The notes: a model not told the origin generated them from the sequence alone. A stretch of DNA of 64,000 bases from Clostridia bacterium (GCA_017472255.1 JAFUQU010000001.1:5304-69303), one strand, 5' to 3'. Numbered from the stretch's first letter, positions 27,255-37,485 are shown. Numbers and translations: made by a program.

Positions 27255-28183
27255 GTGGATTCCTTTCGCAGTAAATCGAGGATTTGGGAGAAATAGCCGG
27301 GCAGCTCGGATTCCAGCCGCAGATGTCCGCCGGAGGGATGCTCGAAGCCGATGAGCTTGGCGTGCAGGCATTGTCCCGACAGCAGGGAAGCGTGCCGCTG
27401 CTCGAACTTCGTGTGCCCGCCGCCATAAACCTCGTCGCCCAGCACAGGATGACCGAGGGAAGCCATATGCACGCGGATTTGATGGGTGCGCCCGGTTTCA
27501 AGCACCAGCCGCAGGTAGGTGTAGCTGCCGCCGGGAATGGTGAAGCGTTCCAGCACCTCGTAATGGGTGCGGGCGGGGCGTCCGTCGGGAACGACTGCCA
27601 TCTTTTTGCGGTCGCGGGGATTGCGTCCGATGGGGGCGTCCACCACGCCGCTGTCATCCTTGATCGTGCCGACCACGATGGCGCGGTATTCCCGGTCGAA
27701 GCTGTGTACCTTAATCTGCTCAGCCAGCGAAAGATGGGCTTTATCGTTTTTTGCCACGATCAGCAGACCGGAGGTGTCCTTGTCGATGCGGTGGACGATG
27801 CCGGGGCGGATGACGCCGTTGATGCCGGAAAGGGAACCTTTGCAGTGATACAGCAGAGCGTTGACCAGCGTGCCGTCGGGATTGCCGGGCGCGGGGTGAA
27901 CCACCATGCCCTTGGGCTTGTTGACCACCAGCAGGTCGCTGTCCTCATAGAGGATGTCCAGCGGAATGTCCTGCGGAACGGCGTCGTCGGACACCGGCTC
28001 GGGCAGCTCGGTTTCCACCTCGTCGCCCGGACGGAGGCGGTAATTTTTCGCGGGGATTTTATCGTTCACGGTGACGCAGCCGTCGGCGATGAGCTTCTGC
28101 GCCGCCGAGCGTGTGCAGCCCTCGCTCTCGCTGATGTAGACGTCCAGCCGTTTGCCCGCGTCGGAAGGGGTGATGATGTTCAT
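27251..28183 (-). CDS. rluD: 23S rRNA pseudouridine synthase, RluA/RluD family
   Basis: N-terminal S4 domain plus the HRIDKDTSGLLIVAKN catalytic motif. Confidence 0.9.
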   Translation of the reverse strand: MNIITPSDAGKRLDVYISESEGCTRSAAQKLIADGCVTVNDKIPAKNYRLRPGDEVETELPEPVSDDAVPQDIPLDILYEDSDLLVVNKPKGMVVHPAPGNPDGTLVNALLYHCKGSLSGINGVIRPGIVHRIDKDTSGLLIVAKNDKAHLSLAEQIKVHSFDREYRAIVVGTIKDDSGVVDAPIGRNPRDRKKMAVVPDGRPARTHYEVLERFTIPGGSYTYLRLVLETGRTHQIRVHMASLGHPVLGDEVYGGGHTKFEQRHASLLSGQCLHAKLIGFEHPSGGHLRLESELPGYFSQILDLLRKEST

Positions 28184-28230
28184 GGTCTCTCCTTAGTCAG
28201 ACAGCCCCCGGCTTGCGCCGGGGGCTGCGG

Positions 28231-28710
28231 TCATTGATTCTCCTTTTTCCCTTCGATGACAAGCACCCAGATCACAACCAGCGCCGCGCCGACACAGACA
28301 AAGCTGTCCGCGCCGTTGAAAATGGCGAAGTTGATGAGCCGGAAGTCGATGAAGTCCACCACATAGCCTGCCAGCACCCGGTCGATCATATTGCCGATGC
28401 CGCCGCCCACGATAAAGGCGAGACCGGTGTACAGCAGCGGATGATAGAATTTATCCCATGCCGCGTACATGAAGATCGTGATGCCGATAACAGCGGCGGT
28501 GGAGGTGATCATGAAAACCCAGCGGTGGTCGGCCAGCATACCGAAGGCCGCGCCCCGGTTTTCCAGATAGGTCAGGTGAAGCACGCCCTCAATAAGGGGC
28601 TTGGTGTCGATCGGCTTCAGATAGGTCACCGCCAACTGTTTGGTCAGCTGGTCGATGCCCACCACGGCTGCGGCGATAATCAGCCACAGCGCCTTTTTCA
28701 GAATACCCAT
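28231..28710 (-). CDS. lspA: lipoprotein signal peptidase II
   Basis: GIDQLTK...NRGAAFG...IGGGIGNMIDR motifs. ATG 28710 overlaps the ileS stop (TAATG). Confidence 0.85.
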   Translation of the reverse strand: MGILKKALWLIIAAAVVGIDQLTKQLAVTYLKPIDTKPLIEGVLHLTYLENRGAAFGMLADHRWVFMITSTAAVIGITIFMYAAWDKFYHPLLYTGLAFIVGGGIGNMIDRVLAGYVVDFIDFRLINFAIFNGADSFVCVGAALVVIWVLVIEGKKENQ

Positions 28711-31532
28711 TAACCTTCGATTGCCGCCTTGCAGCGTGCGCACAGACAGCCGTCGCCCTCGTGAATCGGAGCGGTGGTGTACTTCCAGCAGCGGTCGCAG
28801 CGCTCGCCGTCGGCAGTCTCAACCTTCACGCCGATGCCATGTACCGTCTCGGTAAAGGCGTCTGCGGGAGCGGCTTCGTTCTTCACGGTGACGCCGCTGA
28901 CGATGAATACCGTCTCAAGCTCGTTCTCGAAGTCCGCGAAGGTCTGGTAGGTTTCGGCATCCTCTGCCCAAATGGTGACTTTGGCGTCCAGCGACTTGCC
29001 GATCAGCTTGTCGGCGCGCGCCAGCTCCAGCGCTTTCATCACGTCGTCGCGCAGGTCGAACAGGCGGTCCCACTTGTCCTCGGCTTCGCCAAGATCCAGC
29101 GCGGGATCGTACTTCGGCAGATCGTTGAGGAATACGCTGCGGGTGTCGTCGCTGTCAATATGCTTCATAGCCTGCCAGATTTCCTCGGCGGTGTAGGAGA
29201 GCAGCGGCGCGATCATGCGGGTCAGCGCAGACAGAATGTGATACATGGCGGTCTGTGCCGAGCGGCGCTCCTTGGAATCGGTCTTTTCCACGTAAAGTCT
29301 GTCCTTGGTGATGTCGATGTAAAGCTTCGACATATCGATGGTGCAGAAGTTGGAGATTGCGTGGCAGATGATGTGGAACTCGTACTCGTCGTAGGCTTCG
29401 ATTACAGCCTTTGCCAGCTTGTTCAGGCGGGACAGCGCCCACTTGTCGATTTCGAACAGCTCGCCATAGGGCAGCAGATCGGTGGAAGGATCGAAATCCT
29501 CGCCCTTCTTGCCAAGGTTTGCCATAATGATGCGGGCAGTGTTGCGAATCTTTCTGTAAGTCTCGCAGAGCTGCTTGAAGATCGGATCGGAGACGCGCAC
29601 GTCCACGCGGTAATCGCTGGAAGCGACCCACAGGCGGACAAGATCTGCTCCGTACTTCTTGATCATATCCTCGGGCAGGATGGAGTTGCCCAGAGACTTG
29701 TGCATGGCCTTGCCCTCGCCGTCAACGACCCAGCCGTGGGTCAGAACCTGACGGTAGGGAGCGCCCTCGCCCTTCGCGCCGATGGCGGTGAGCAGGGAGG
29801 ACTGGAACCATCCGCGGTACTGGTCGGCGCCCTCCAAATAGAGGTCGGCGGGCCAGCGCATATTGCTCCACTTGGACAGCTCGTCGTTCTCCAGAACGGC
29901 GAAGTGGGTCGAACCGGAGTCAAACCAGCCGTCCAGCGTGTCGGTTTCCTTGGTGAAGCCGTGATCACAGCCGCAGTGCGGGCACTTGAAGCCGGCGGGA
30001 AGCATTTCCTCGGCGGTGAAATCAAACCATGCGTTGGAGCCTTTCTCGGCGAAAATCTTCGAGATGGCGGCGATGGTCTCGTCGGTGGCGATGGGCTTGC
30101 CGCAGTCGGGGCAGTAGAACACGGGAATCGGCAGACCCCAGTGACGCTGACGGGAAATACACCAGTCGGCGCGCTCGTTGATCATCGAAACCATGCGATC
30201 TTTACCCCATTCGGGCATCCAGCGCACGTCGTCGCAGGCCTTGACCGCTTCGGAGCGGAAGGCGTCCACCGAGCAGAACCACTGAGGCGTTGCGCGGAAG
30301 ATGATGGGATTTTTGCATCTCCAGCAGTGGGGATAGCTGTGGGAGACGTTTTCGGAAGCCAGCAGCGCGCCGGTTTCCTTTAGATCGGCGAGGATAACCT
30401 CGTTGGATTTTTCGTAGTAAAGTCCGGCGAACTTGCCCGCGTCCTCGGTCTGATAGCCGCGGTCGTCCACGGGAACGATGATGTCCATCTTGTAGCGCAT
30501 ACCGGTCACATAGTCGTCGGCACCGAAGCCGGGCGCGGTGTGAACGCAGCCGGTACCGCTGTCCATAGTGACATACTCGGCGCAGACCAGCAGGGAATCC
30601 CGCTCAAGGAAGGGATGCTGCGCGGTCATGTATTCGAAATCCTGACCGCGGAACTCGGCGATACGCTCGAAGTTCTCAATGCCGGCCGCCTTCATGGTGC
30701 GCTCGGCCAGCGCGTCGGCGAGAATGTAGGTTTCGCCGTTGTCAGCCTTCACCGCCACGTAGGTTTCGCGGGGATGAACGGCGATGGCCAGGTTGCCGGG
30801 AAGCGTCCAGGTGGTGGTCGTCCAGATCACGAAGTAGGTCTTGTCAAGGTCGAGGGCGGGGAGCTTGCCCTGATCGTCCTTCACCTTGAACTTGACATAG
30901 ATGGAGGTGCAGTCGATGTCCTTGTATTCGATTTCAGCTTCGGCGAGGGCGGTTTCATCGTGGGGGCACCAGTAAACCGGCTTCAGACCCTTGTAGATGT
31001 AACCCTTCTTGAACATTTCGCCGAAAACCTTCACCTCGCGGGCTTCGAACTTGGGATCCATGGTCAGATAGGGATTTTCCCAGTCGCCCAGAACGCCCAG
31101 ACGCTTGAAGGAAGCCATCTGAATGTCCACGAAATCCTGCGCGAACTTATGGCAGGCGGAACGGAATTCGGACACGGACATCTTCTTGCGGTCGAGCTTG
31201 TTCTTCTTGATGATGGCCGACTCGATGGGCATACCGTGGTTGTCCCAGCCGGGAATGTAGGGGGTCTGATAGCCCTCCATGGACTTGGACTTGTTGATGA
31301 TATCCTTGAGCACCTTGTTCATGGCGGTGCCCATGTGGATGTTGCCGTTGGAGAAGGGAGGGCCGTCGTGCAGGATGAACTGCTCGTGACCTTCGTTCTT
31401 CTTCAGCATTTCGTGATAAACATCTGTGTCGCTCCAGACCTTGCCGATCTCAGGCTCGCGCTGGGGAAGGTTGGCGCGCATGGAGAATTCGGTATTCGGG
31501 AGGTTCAGCGATTTGGAATAATCCTGTGGCAT
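28710..31532 (-). CDS. ileS: isoleucine--tRNA ligase
   Basis: 940 aa. HIGH-type motif PPFSNGNIHMGTA, KMSKS-type KAMHKSLGN, C-terminal zinc-finger cysteines CDRCWKY...CARC. Confidence 0.95.
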   Translation of the reverse strand: MPQDYSKSLNLPNTEFSMRANLPQREPEIGKVWSDTDVYHEMLKKNEGHEQFILHDGPPFSNGNIHMGTAMNKVLKDIINKSKSMEGYQTPYIPGWDNHGMPIESAIIKKNKLDRKKMSVSEFRSACHKFAQDFVDIQMASFKRLGVLGDWENPYLTMDPKFEAREVKVFGEMFKKGYIYKGLKPVYWCPHDETALAEAEIEYKDIDCTSIYVKFKVKDDQGKLPALDLDKTYFVIWTTTTWTLPGNLAIAVHPRETYVAVKADNGETYILADALAERTMKAAGIENFERIAEFRGQDFEYMTAQHPFLERDSLLVCAEYVTMDSGTGCVHTAPGFGADDYVTGMRYKMDIIVPVDDRGYQTEDAGKFAGLYYEKSNEVILADLKETGALLASENVSHSYPHCWRCKNPIIFRATPQWFCSVDAFRSEAVKACDDVRWMPEWGKDRMVSMINERADWCISRQRHWGLPIPVFYCPDCGKPIATDETIAAISKIFAEKGSNAWFDFTAEEMLPAGFKCPHCGCDHGFTKETDTLDGWFDSGSTHFAVLENDELSKWSNMRWPADLYLEGADQYRGWFQSSLLTAIGAKGEGAPYRQVLTHGWVVDGEGKAMHKSLGNSILPEDMIKKYGADLVRLWVASSDYRVDVRVSDPIFKQLCETYRKIRNTARIIMANLGKKGEDFDPSTDLLPYGELFEIDKWALSRLNKLAKAVIEAYDEYEFHIICHAISNFCTIDMSKLYIDITKDRLYVEKTDSKERRSAQTAMYHILSALTRMIAPLLSYTAEEIWQAMKHIDSDDTRSVFLNDLPKYDPALDLGEAEDKWDRLFDLRDDVMKALELARADKLIGKSLDAKVTIWAEDAETYQTFADFENELETVFIVSGVTVKNEAAPADAFTETVHGIGVKVETADGERCDRCWKYTTAPIHEGDGCLCARCKAAIEG

Positions 31533-31561
31533 TGTAGATGTGCTCCTTATATAATGTAGCT

Positions 31562-32596
31562 TTATTTTTTCTTTTTCGGTTCGTTGGAGAAAAGCATATC
31601 GAAATCGGCCGATTTGCTGGCGGCTTTTTCCTTTTCCTTCTCATCGATCTTGCCGGTGACAGACTTGACAAAATCCAGATAGCTTGCGTCATCGCCCAGA
31701 TCGCTGTCCGGGGTGTTGATGACCTCCTCCGCCTCCTTGTACTGGCGGTTCAGCTCCTGAATGGAATCCTTCAGCCCGCCCTTGCTTCTGGCGGGAGCGG
31801 CGATCAACGGTTCGCGGTCGATCTGAAGGGCGATGTCCTCCACGTTTTCATCCTCCGTGGGGATGCTGTTGAACATCTGGGTGGCGTCTTCGGTGGTTTC
31901 GATGCCCTGCGGCTCTGCGTCGATGATCTCGTCCAGCTCCTCAGGCTCAATTGCGGGATTTTCAATTGCGGAAATATCCGCTGCGGATACTTCCGCTGCG
32001 GAAGCATCTGCTGCGGGCGCTGCCTCGGAAGGCGCTTCCTCGGGTTCAGGCTGAGCGGGCGCTGCCTGATAAGCGGCGGCGATGCTGGATTTCAGCGAGT
32101 TCACGGCTTCCCGGCGGAGCGCGTCGGTGTCGGGAATTTCAGCTTCCTCGATGCCGTCGGTGAGACGATCGAGATAGCGGATGTGCTCGCTGTAGCGGTC
32201 GAACAGCTCGCGCTTGAGGGCGTAAGTGTCGTTCTGGATGGCAGCCAGCGTATCGCGTCCCTCCTCGATTTTCGTGTTGAAATCGGAGAGGATGGCGTTG
32301 CAGGAGGATTTCGCCGAGCGGATAATGGCTTCGGCGCGCTCCTCCGCGTCGGATTTAATTTTTGCTGCGGCACGCTTAGCGTCGATGAGGGCGCTGCGGA
32401 TAGAATCCTCGTCGTTTTTAATCTCCTCGAGCTTGGTGACGGTGGACTTGAGCTTGCGCTCCAGCTCATCGTTTTCGCGGTATAGCTCGGTGTATTTTTC
32501 GATGAGAAAATCTATATATTCATCGACCTCAACGGTGGTATAGCCGCGCATCGATTTTGTGAAGCTGTGGTTCTTTAATTCGTGCGGAGAGAGCAT
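31562..32596 (-). CDS. divIVA: DivIVA-domain cell-division protein with a long low-complexity C-terminus
   Basis: N-terminus LSPHELKNHSFTKSMRGYTTVEVDEYIDFL is canonical DivIVA. Confidence 0.85.
   Translation of the reverse strand: MLSPHELKNHSFTKSMRGYTTVEVDEYIDFLIEKYTELYRENDELERKLKSTVTKLEEIKNDEDSIRSALIDAKRAAAKIKSDAEERAEAIIRSAKSSCNAILSDFNTKIEEGRDTLAAIQNDTYALKRELFDRYSEHIRYLDRLTDGIEEAEIPDTDALRREAVNSLKSSIAAAYQAAPAQPEPEEAPSEAAPAADASAAEVSAADISAIENPAIEPEELDEIIDAEPQGIETTEDATQMFNSIPTEDENVEDIALQIDREPLIAAPARSKGGLKDSIQELNRQYKEAEEVINTPDSDLGDDASYLDFVKSVTGKIDEKEKEKAASKSADFDMLFSNEPKKKK
31950..32039. repeat. six imperfect tandem 15-nt units inside divIVA (pentapeptide-periodic linker)
   Basis: ATTGCGGGATTTTCA / ATTGCGGAAATATCC / GCTGCGGATACTTCC / GCTGCGGAAGCATCT / GCTGCGGGCGCTGCC / TCGGAAGGCGCTTCC. 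Confidence 0.6.
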
Positions 32597-32621
32597 ATTT
32601 TCCTTCCTTTCATTTGGTAAT

Positions 32622-33458
32622 TCACGTGTATTTGCGCGCCTTCAGGCGCACGCGCCCCTTGGCGGAACGCTCATCGAGACTGTCAATGCGGAACTTTCCG
32701 CCCTTGCACTTGCCGTCCCGTCTCACGGACAGCACATCGCCGTTTCGAACCGGGGCGTCCGGATCGGCGGCGGTGAAATGATTGTGCTCCACGAAGCCGC
32801 GGCGGATCATTTCCTTGGCGGATTCGCGGGAAAGCCGCGCCACCTCGGCCAGCACCGCGTCAAGCCGCGGCGAAGCGATGGTGCCGGCGACCGGCTCAAA
32901 GGTGCGGGTATAATTGAAATCTTCGGGCAGGGAAGCGTCGATGGTTTTTACGCGGTCGCGTCCAATGCCCGTCAGCTCGCTTTTGAGAAAATCGGCGATG
33001 GAAGGCAGCACGAAGATAATCGCGCCCTCCTCGTCGGGCAGAATATCGCCCAGCACCGAGCGTTCCAGCCCTAGTCCCAGCAGCGCGCCCATATAGTCCC
33101 GGTGGGACAGATTCACAGAGCCGCTGGCTTTGATGCGCAGCGGGGTGATGGGAAGCTCCTCCCGAACCAGCGGCGCCAGAAGCTCCGGCGTTGGGGAAGC
33201 GCCTTCCTCCAGCTGATAGCTGTAGTAGGAAGGCAGAAAGCAGGCGAGGGTGCGTTCGGCGTCGCCGTAGCCGCCCCAAAAGAAGCGGATGACGTCGCCG
33301 GATGAACCGGACTGCTCCAGAATAAAGCGCTCTCTTGGGGAGAGAAAGGGCGAGAAGGCGGGCGCGCCGTCCTCGGCGCGGGCTGCAAGCTCGTCGATAT
33401 GACGCATGAGCATCCGTTCTTCGTCGGTGAGCTGACCGAAAAGTCGTGTGTCAAGCAT
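32622..33458 (-). CDS. ylmH: YlmH-family RNA-binding S4-domain protein
   Basis: C-terminal S4 motif RLDAVLAEVARLSRESAKEMIRRGFV. Conserved position between yggT and divIVA. Confidence 0.75.
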   Translation of the reverse strand: MLDTRLFGQLTDEERMLMRHIDELAARAEDGAPAFSPFLSPRERFILEQSGSSGDVIRFFWGGYGDAERTLACFLPSYYSYQLEEGASPTPELLAPLVREELPITPLRIKASGSVNLSHRDYMGALLGLGLERSVLGDILPDEEGAIIFVLPSIADFLKSELTGIGRDRVKTIDASLPEDFNYTRTFEPVAGTIASPRLDAVLAEVARLSRESAKEMIRRGFVEHNHFTAADPDAPVRNGDVLSVRRDGKCKGGKFRIDSLDERSAKGRVRLKARKYT

Positions 33459-33459
33459 A

Positions 33460-33744
33460 TCAAATCAGGGTAGGGAGAAGCATCTGCACAACACTGAGCA
33501 GCATAAAGGAAATGATGAATGCCAGATCAATGGGCATTCCGTCCAGTCCCTCAAACCGCTCCAGCAGAAGTCTCACGGGATAAACCACCGGCTCGGTCAT
33601 GACATAAAGAAAGTTCGAGAGGTTGGAATCCTCATCGATGGGCAGCCATGACATCAGGGCGCGGAACATCATGAGCACCTGCAATATCGACAGAAAAAGG
33701 CTCACAATGCGGGTGATGACGTAGATGAAGCTGATCAAGATCAA
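33460..33744 (-). CDS. yggT: YggT-family membrane protein (YlmG)
   Basis: About 92-94 aa, two hydrophobic helices, conserved position. Non-ATG start: TTG at 33744, or TTG at 33738 which has better spacing to AAGGAG. Confidence 0.75.
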   Translation of the reverse strand: MILISFIYVITRIVSLFLSILQVLMMFRALMSWLPIDEDSNLSNFLYVMTEPVVYPVRLLLERFEGLDGMPIDLAFIISFMLLSVVQMLLPTLI

Positions 33745-33840
33745 ACTCCTTTAGAAATTGCATAACAGCTACAGCCGAATCACCTATAGCTGGTAAAACC
33801 TGCCATAACCGATTCGGCGGCGCTATGGTCGGATATACGA

Positions 33841-34341
33841 TCAGATATCGCTATCGTTGTTGTAGAGGTCAGCGCTTTCTTCCTTGGGACGCTTGTCGCG
33901 GAGCTTGTCGCCGGAAACATCCACATTGCAGGGAGTAATGACATAAGTATTGTTGGCGACTCGCTTCAGGTTGCCGTTGATCGAGTAAGCCACGCCGGAG
34001 AGGAAGTCCAGCAGACGGCGAGCCGTCTCCTTGTTGGTTTCCTCCAGGTTGAGCACGACGGTGCGGCGGTTGAGCAGATGGTTTGCGATCTGGGGAACGT
34101 TGTCGAAGCGTTCGGGCTTAACAACCTTCAGCTCCAGAGAGCTGCCGCTGACCTGCATTCCGGCGTCGGGAGCGGGGGCGGCGTACTGCTGCGCGTCATA
34201 CTGCTGCTGAGGCTGGGGCTGACCATACATATTCTGGTCGTTGAAATCATTCTGAATCTGCTGTGTATAGGGGTCCTGTTCATCGTATGCGGGATCGTTC
34301 TCGGGGTTGATGCCCTGCTTGATTTTGTCAAAAAGTCCCAT
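33841..34341 (-). CDS. sepF: cell division protein SepF
   Basis: C-terminal SepF core VVKPERFDNVPQIANHLLNRRTVVLNLEE...LDFLSGVAYSINGNL. Confidence 0.9.
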   Translation of the reverse strand: MGLFDKIKQGINPENDPAYDEQDPYTQQIQNDFNDQNMYGQPQPQQQYDAQQYAAPAPDAGMQVSGSSLELKVVKPERFDNVPQIANHLLNRRTVVLNLEETNKETARRLLDFLSGVAYSINGNLKRVANNTYVITPCNVDVSGDKLRDKRPKEESADLYNNDSDI

Positions 34342-34372
34342 TCTATGTTACCTCCAAAATTTTATACGAAAT

Positions 34373-35143
34373 TTAATTATTAGGAATTCCAGCGGGATCA
34401 GAGATCCCATGGGGGCGTCGTCGTCCGAAAATCGAACTGCCGAGGCGAACCTCGGTGGCGCCCGCCGAAACGGCTTCACGGTAGCTGTCGCTCATCCCCA
34501 TGGAGAGCGTATCGAAGTCCCTGCATATATTATGCGGGTTTTTTTTCGAAATGTCAAGATAATATTGATAAGTTTCCGAAAAATATTTCAGATAATCTTC
34601 TTTTTTGTCGCTTTTCGGCGCGATGGTCATCAGTCCGCGCAGCCGCAGCGAATCGAAGGGCGCCAGCGAATCGATGAAGGAATACAATTCCTCGGGAAGA
34701 ACGCCGCCCTTCTGAGGCTCGCGTCCGATGTTGACTTCGATGAGCACGTCCATGATGCGCCCATGCTTTTTTGCCTGCCGATCGATTTCGGCGGCCAGCT
34801 TCAGGCTGTCCAGGGATTCAATCATGTCCACCTTGTCGATGATGTACTTGACCTTGTTGGTCTGGAGACTGCCGATCAGGTGAATTTCCAGCTTTCCGCC
34901 CTTTGGCTGATGGAGCGAATCGTATTTTTCCAGCAGCTCCTGCACCCGGTTTTCGCCGATGCAGTCGATGCCAAGCTCGTCGATGGTGTAGTTGATCACG
35001 TCAACCGGGACGGTTTTGGTGACTGCGGTCAGCTTAACGGGGGCGCGCCCTTCGGTAAGGGCGGCCAGCTCCGCTCTGGCTTCGGTCAGGCGTGCGGCGA
35101 TGAGACCATGCTCAAAGCGCGGTTCGATGGTTTGCGTATCCAA
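34373..35143 (-). CDS. yggS: YggS-family pyridoxal-phosphate homeostasis protein (YlmE)
   Basis: VTKTVP...GENRVQEL...HLIGSLQTNKVK...SMGMSDSY motifs. Apparent TTG start at 35143. Confidence 0.85.
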   Translation of the reverse strand: MDTQTIEPRFEHGLIAARLTEARAELAALTEGRAPVKLTAVTKTVPVDVINYTIDELGIDCIGENRVQELLEKYDSLHQPKGGKLEIHLIGSLQTNKVKYIIDKVDMIESLDSLKLAAEIDRQAKKHGRIMDVLIEVNIGREPQKGGVLPEELYSFIDSLAPFDSLRLRGLMTIAPKSDKKEDYLKYFSETYQYYLDISKKNPHNICRDFDTLSMGMSDSYREAVSAGATEVRLGSSIFGRRRPHGISDPAGIPNN

Positions 35144-35164
35144 TGTGTATCACAATCCTTGCTA

Positions 35165-36436
35165 TCAGGAAATCATTTTTCCCACGTACAGATTCTTGCC
35201 GCCGGTGATGATGACGTCATACAGCGCCAGCTTGCTCATGTAATCGGGGTCGTTTTTTATATCCTGCGGAGCGACGATATAATAGCCGTCCAGCTCCAGC
35301 AGAATGTCGATTTTACGGAAGTCCACGGTGTTGCCCACCAGAATGTAGACGCCCTGCTCGCCGTCCAGCAGACGCACTGCCGAGATCGGCACCTTGTAGC
35401 CGGTATAGGAGCTGCGGATGACCTCGATGGGCTGCATCCGGCGGAAGCTGAAATCCTCGGGAATGCGGGAGCATTCGAAGACCAGCAGAACCCGGTTTTT
35501 GCCGGCGGAGCTGACGATATTGATCAGCTTCATATCCAGCTGCAGGTCGTTGTTGTAAGGGAAGGCGACGGTGTAATAATAGCCGCTGTTGAAGAAGCGC
35601 AGGCTGTCGCGGTCGGTTTCGGCGGCGACGTACCACTTGAAATCGGTGGCGATTTTGCCCACCGTGTTGGCGGCCACATTCTTCGGCTCGGCGGCAATGA
35701 TCTCGTCGAACTGCTCAAAGGTGAGCGTGGACGCGATGCTGCTGGTGAAGATATCCTCATACCCGTCGGGCTGAGAATAGAAGTAGCCGGATACGGGCGC
35801 GTTTACCGTTTCGGAGATGCTGTCCATGGTGTTGGTCAGCAGGGCGCGCTCGGTCTCGAGGGAAGCGATTACATCGGCATAGCCCTCGGTGACGCCGGTG
35901 ACGATCTGCCGCTTGTTAAGCAGGGTGAGCAGATCGTCCCGCCGCTTGGGAAGGGTGGAATAAACCCCAGCCTCGGCATTCTGGCGGATGGTCAGATAAG
36001 AGTCCTGGATGCGCAGGTCGAGCACCGAGGTATCGGACGCGGCCAGTCCGTCGGTGACGCTGCTTTTTTCCAGCAGTTCGAGCTTTTTATCCAGGTTGAT
36101 GATGTCCTCCCGGACGGAAGGAGCGGTGCCGCTGTAGATGTTTGCGATGGCGCTTCCCACGGCAACCTTCGTGCCGTCGTTTTGCAGGGAGGCAATGCCG
36201 CCCGTGGTGGAAGCGTAAACGACCGTCTCGTTTCGCAGAATATAGCCGTCGAGGGCGATGGTGTCGCTCTCGGTGACTTGAATGGCGAATTCGGTCTCGA
36301 GGTCAGAGCTGAAGCTGTTGACGAAATGGTACCCGAGGTAAAGAATCACGGCGGCGGACAAAACGATCGAAAAAAGATAGATCAGAAAATTAGCCAGCGC
36401 GCTTTTCTCCTCGATGGATTTTTTCTGTTTGGGCAT
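35165..36436 (-). CDS. membrane-anchored protein, HlyD/barrel-sandwich-like; function uncertain
   Basis: N-terminal TM helix LANFLIYLFSIVLSAAVILYLGY followed by a long extracytoplasmic region. ATG 36436 is preferred over the upstream TTG 36472. Confidence 0.45.
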   Translation of the reverse strand: MPKQKKSIEEKSALANFLIYLFSIVLSAAVILYLGYHFVNSFSSDLETEFAIQVTESDTIALDGYILRNETVVYASTTGGIASLQNDGTKVAVGSAIANIYSGTAPSVREDIINLDKKLELLEKSSVTDGLAASDTSVLDLRIQDSYLTIRQNAEAGVYSTLPKRRDDLLTLLNKRQIVTGVTEGYADVIASLETERALLTNTMDSISETVNAPVSGYFYSQPDGYEDIFTSSIASTLTFEQFDEIIAAEPKNVAANTVGKIATDFKWYVAAETDRDSLRFFNSGYYYTVAFPYNNDLQLDMKLINIVSSAGKNRVLLVFECSRIPEDFSFRRMQPIEVIRSSYTGYKVPISAVRLLDGEQGVYILVGNTVDFRKIDILLELDGYYIVAPQDIKNDPDYMSKLALYDVIITGGKNLYVGKMIS

Positions 36437-36508
36437 CCTGACACCTTGCCATTTGTTAAAAAGCGTCGGCAAAAGACCGCAGGCATCCGCCGACGACTGC
36501 TTTATTCA

Positions 36509-37462
36509 TTACATTATAGCACAAAAACCGCGTTTCGTTAATAGCTTTTCCGCATTGTTTACAATAACTTCAAAATTTGCGTCGGCGATTAACCAGTTTA
36601 TGTCAGAATTCCGTCGGAACCAGGTCAGCTGACGCTTGGCATAGCGGCGGGAATTCAGCCGGATGGCGTCCAGCGCCTCCGCTTCGGTGCAATCGCCGTC
36701 CAGATGGGCGATTATTTCCTTGTAGCCGATGGCCTGCGCGGCGGTGGAATTCCGGGGAAGCCTGCCCGACTCCAGCAGCGAGCGGACTTCGTCCACAAGC
36801 CCCATTTCGGCCATAACGGTGACGCGGCGGTCGATGCGGTCGTAGAGTGTCTGCCGGTCGGGATGCTCGATGGCGAGCAGCGTGACATCGTAAGGGCGAG
36901 GATGGCTGCGGGAGCGTCGGTCCCACTCGGATTTTGGAATGCCGGAGGAGAGATAGATTTCCAGCGCCCGGGCGACGCGCTTAACGTTGTTGGGATGGAT
37001 TTCGGCGGCGGATTGGGGATCGACGGCGTAAAGCCGTTTCCACAGATCATCGGCGCCGTAGCGTTCGGCGTCCGCCAGCAGAGAGGCGCGAAGGCTGGGA
37101 TCGGTGTCGGTGTCGGCGTACTGGTTGGCGGTGATCACCGCGTCCAGATAAAGCCCGGTGCCGCCGCACAGGATGGGCAGCCGTCCACGGGCGAGGATAT
37201 CGTCGATGGCGGCTTTGGCCAGCGGCGCGTAATCGGCGGCGGAGAAGGGTTCGGCGGGATCAACCACGTCGATGAGATGGTGGGGGATGCCTTCCATTTC
37301 GGCGGGGGAGGGCTTGGCGGTGCCGATGTCCATGCCGCGGTAAATCTGCATGGAATCGCAGGAGACGATCTCTCCGCCGAAGCGCTTCGCCAGCTCCACG
37401 GCCAGCGCCGACTTGCCGGATGCCGTCGGTCCCACGACGGCGACGATACGGGGTGGGGTCAT
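36509..37462 (-). CDS. miaA: tRNA dimethylallyltransferase
   Basis: P-loop VVGPTASGKSALAVELA plus SCDSMQIYRGMDIGTAKP. Confidence 0.95.
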   Translation of the reverse strand: MTPPRIVAVVGPTASGKSALAVELAKRFGGEIVSCDSMQIYRGMDIGTAKPSPAEMEGIPHHLIDVVDPAEPFSAADYAPLAKAAIDDILARGRLPILCGGTGLYLDAVITANQYADTDTDPSLRASLLADAERYGADDLWKRLYAVDPQSAAEIHPNNVKRVARALEIYLSSGIPKSEWDRRSRSHPRPYDVTLLAIEHPDRQTLYDRIDRRVTVMAEMGLVDEVRSLLESGRLPRNSTAAQAIGYKEIIAHLDGDCTEAEALDAIRLNSRRYAKRQLTWFRRNSDINWLIADANFEVIVNNAEKLLTKRGFCAIM

Positions 37463-37485
37463 GGGTAATGTCCTTTCTCGGTGGA

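Noticed and set aside
28202-28227. GC-rich hairpin CAGCCCCCGGC-ttgc-GCCGGGGGCTG between lspA and rluD.
   Set aside because: There is no U-tract on the coding strand, and it sits immediately before the rluD SD. It is probably just an mRNA structural element and was not called as a terminator.
31533-31561. I expected a T-box leader upstream of ileS, as in Bacillus, where divIVA is followed by a T-box-regulated ileS.
   Set aside because: Only 29 nt separate the divIVA stop from the ileS start. That is no room for a ~200-nt T-box, and no specifier or T-box sequence was seen. In this window ileS appears to be simply co-transcribed with divIVA.
34307-36541. 744-aa plus-strand ORF opposite yggS and the HlyD-like gene.
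   Set aside because: It is a shadow ORF. The opposite-strand genes have clear family motifs and conserved ylm-cluster synteny.
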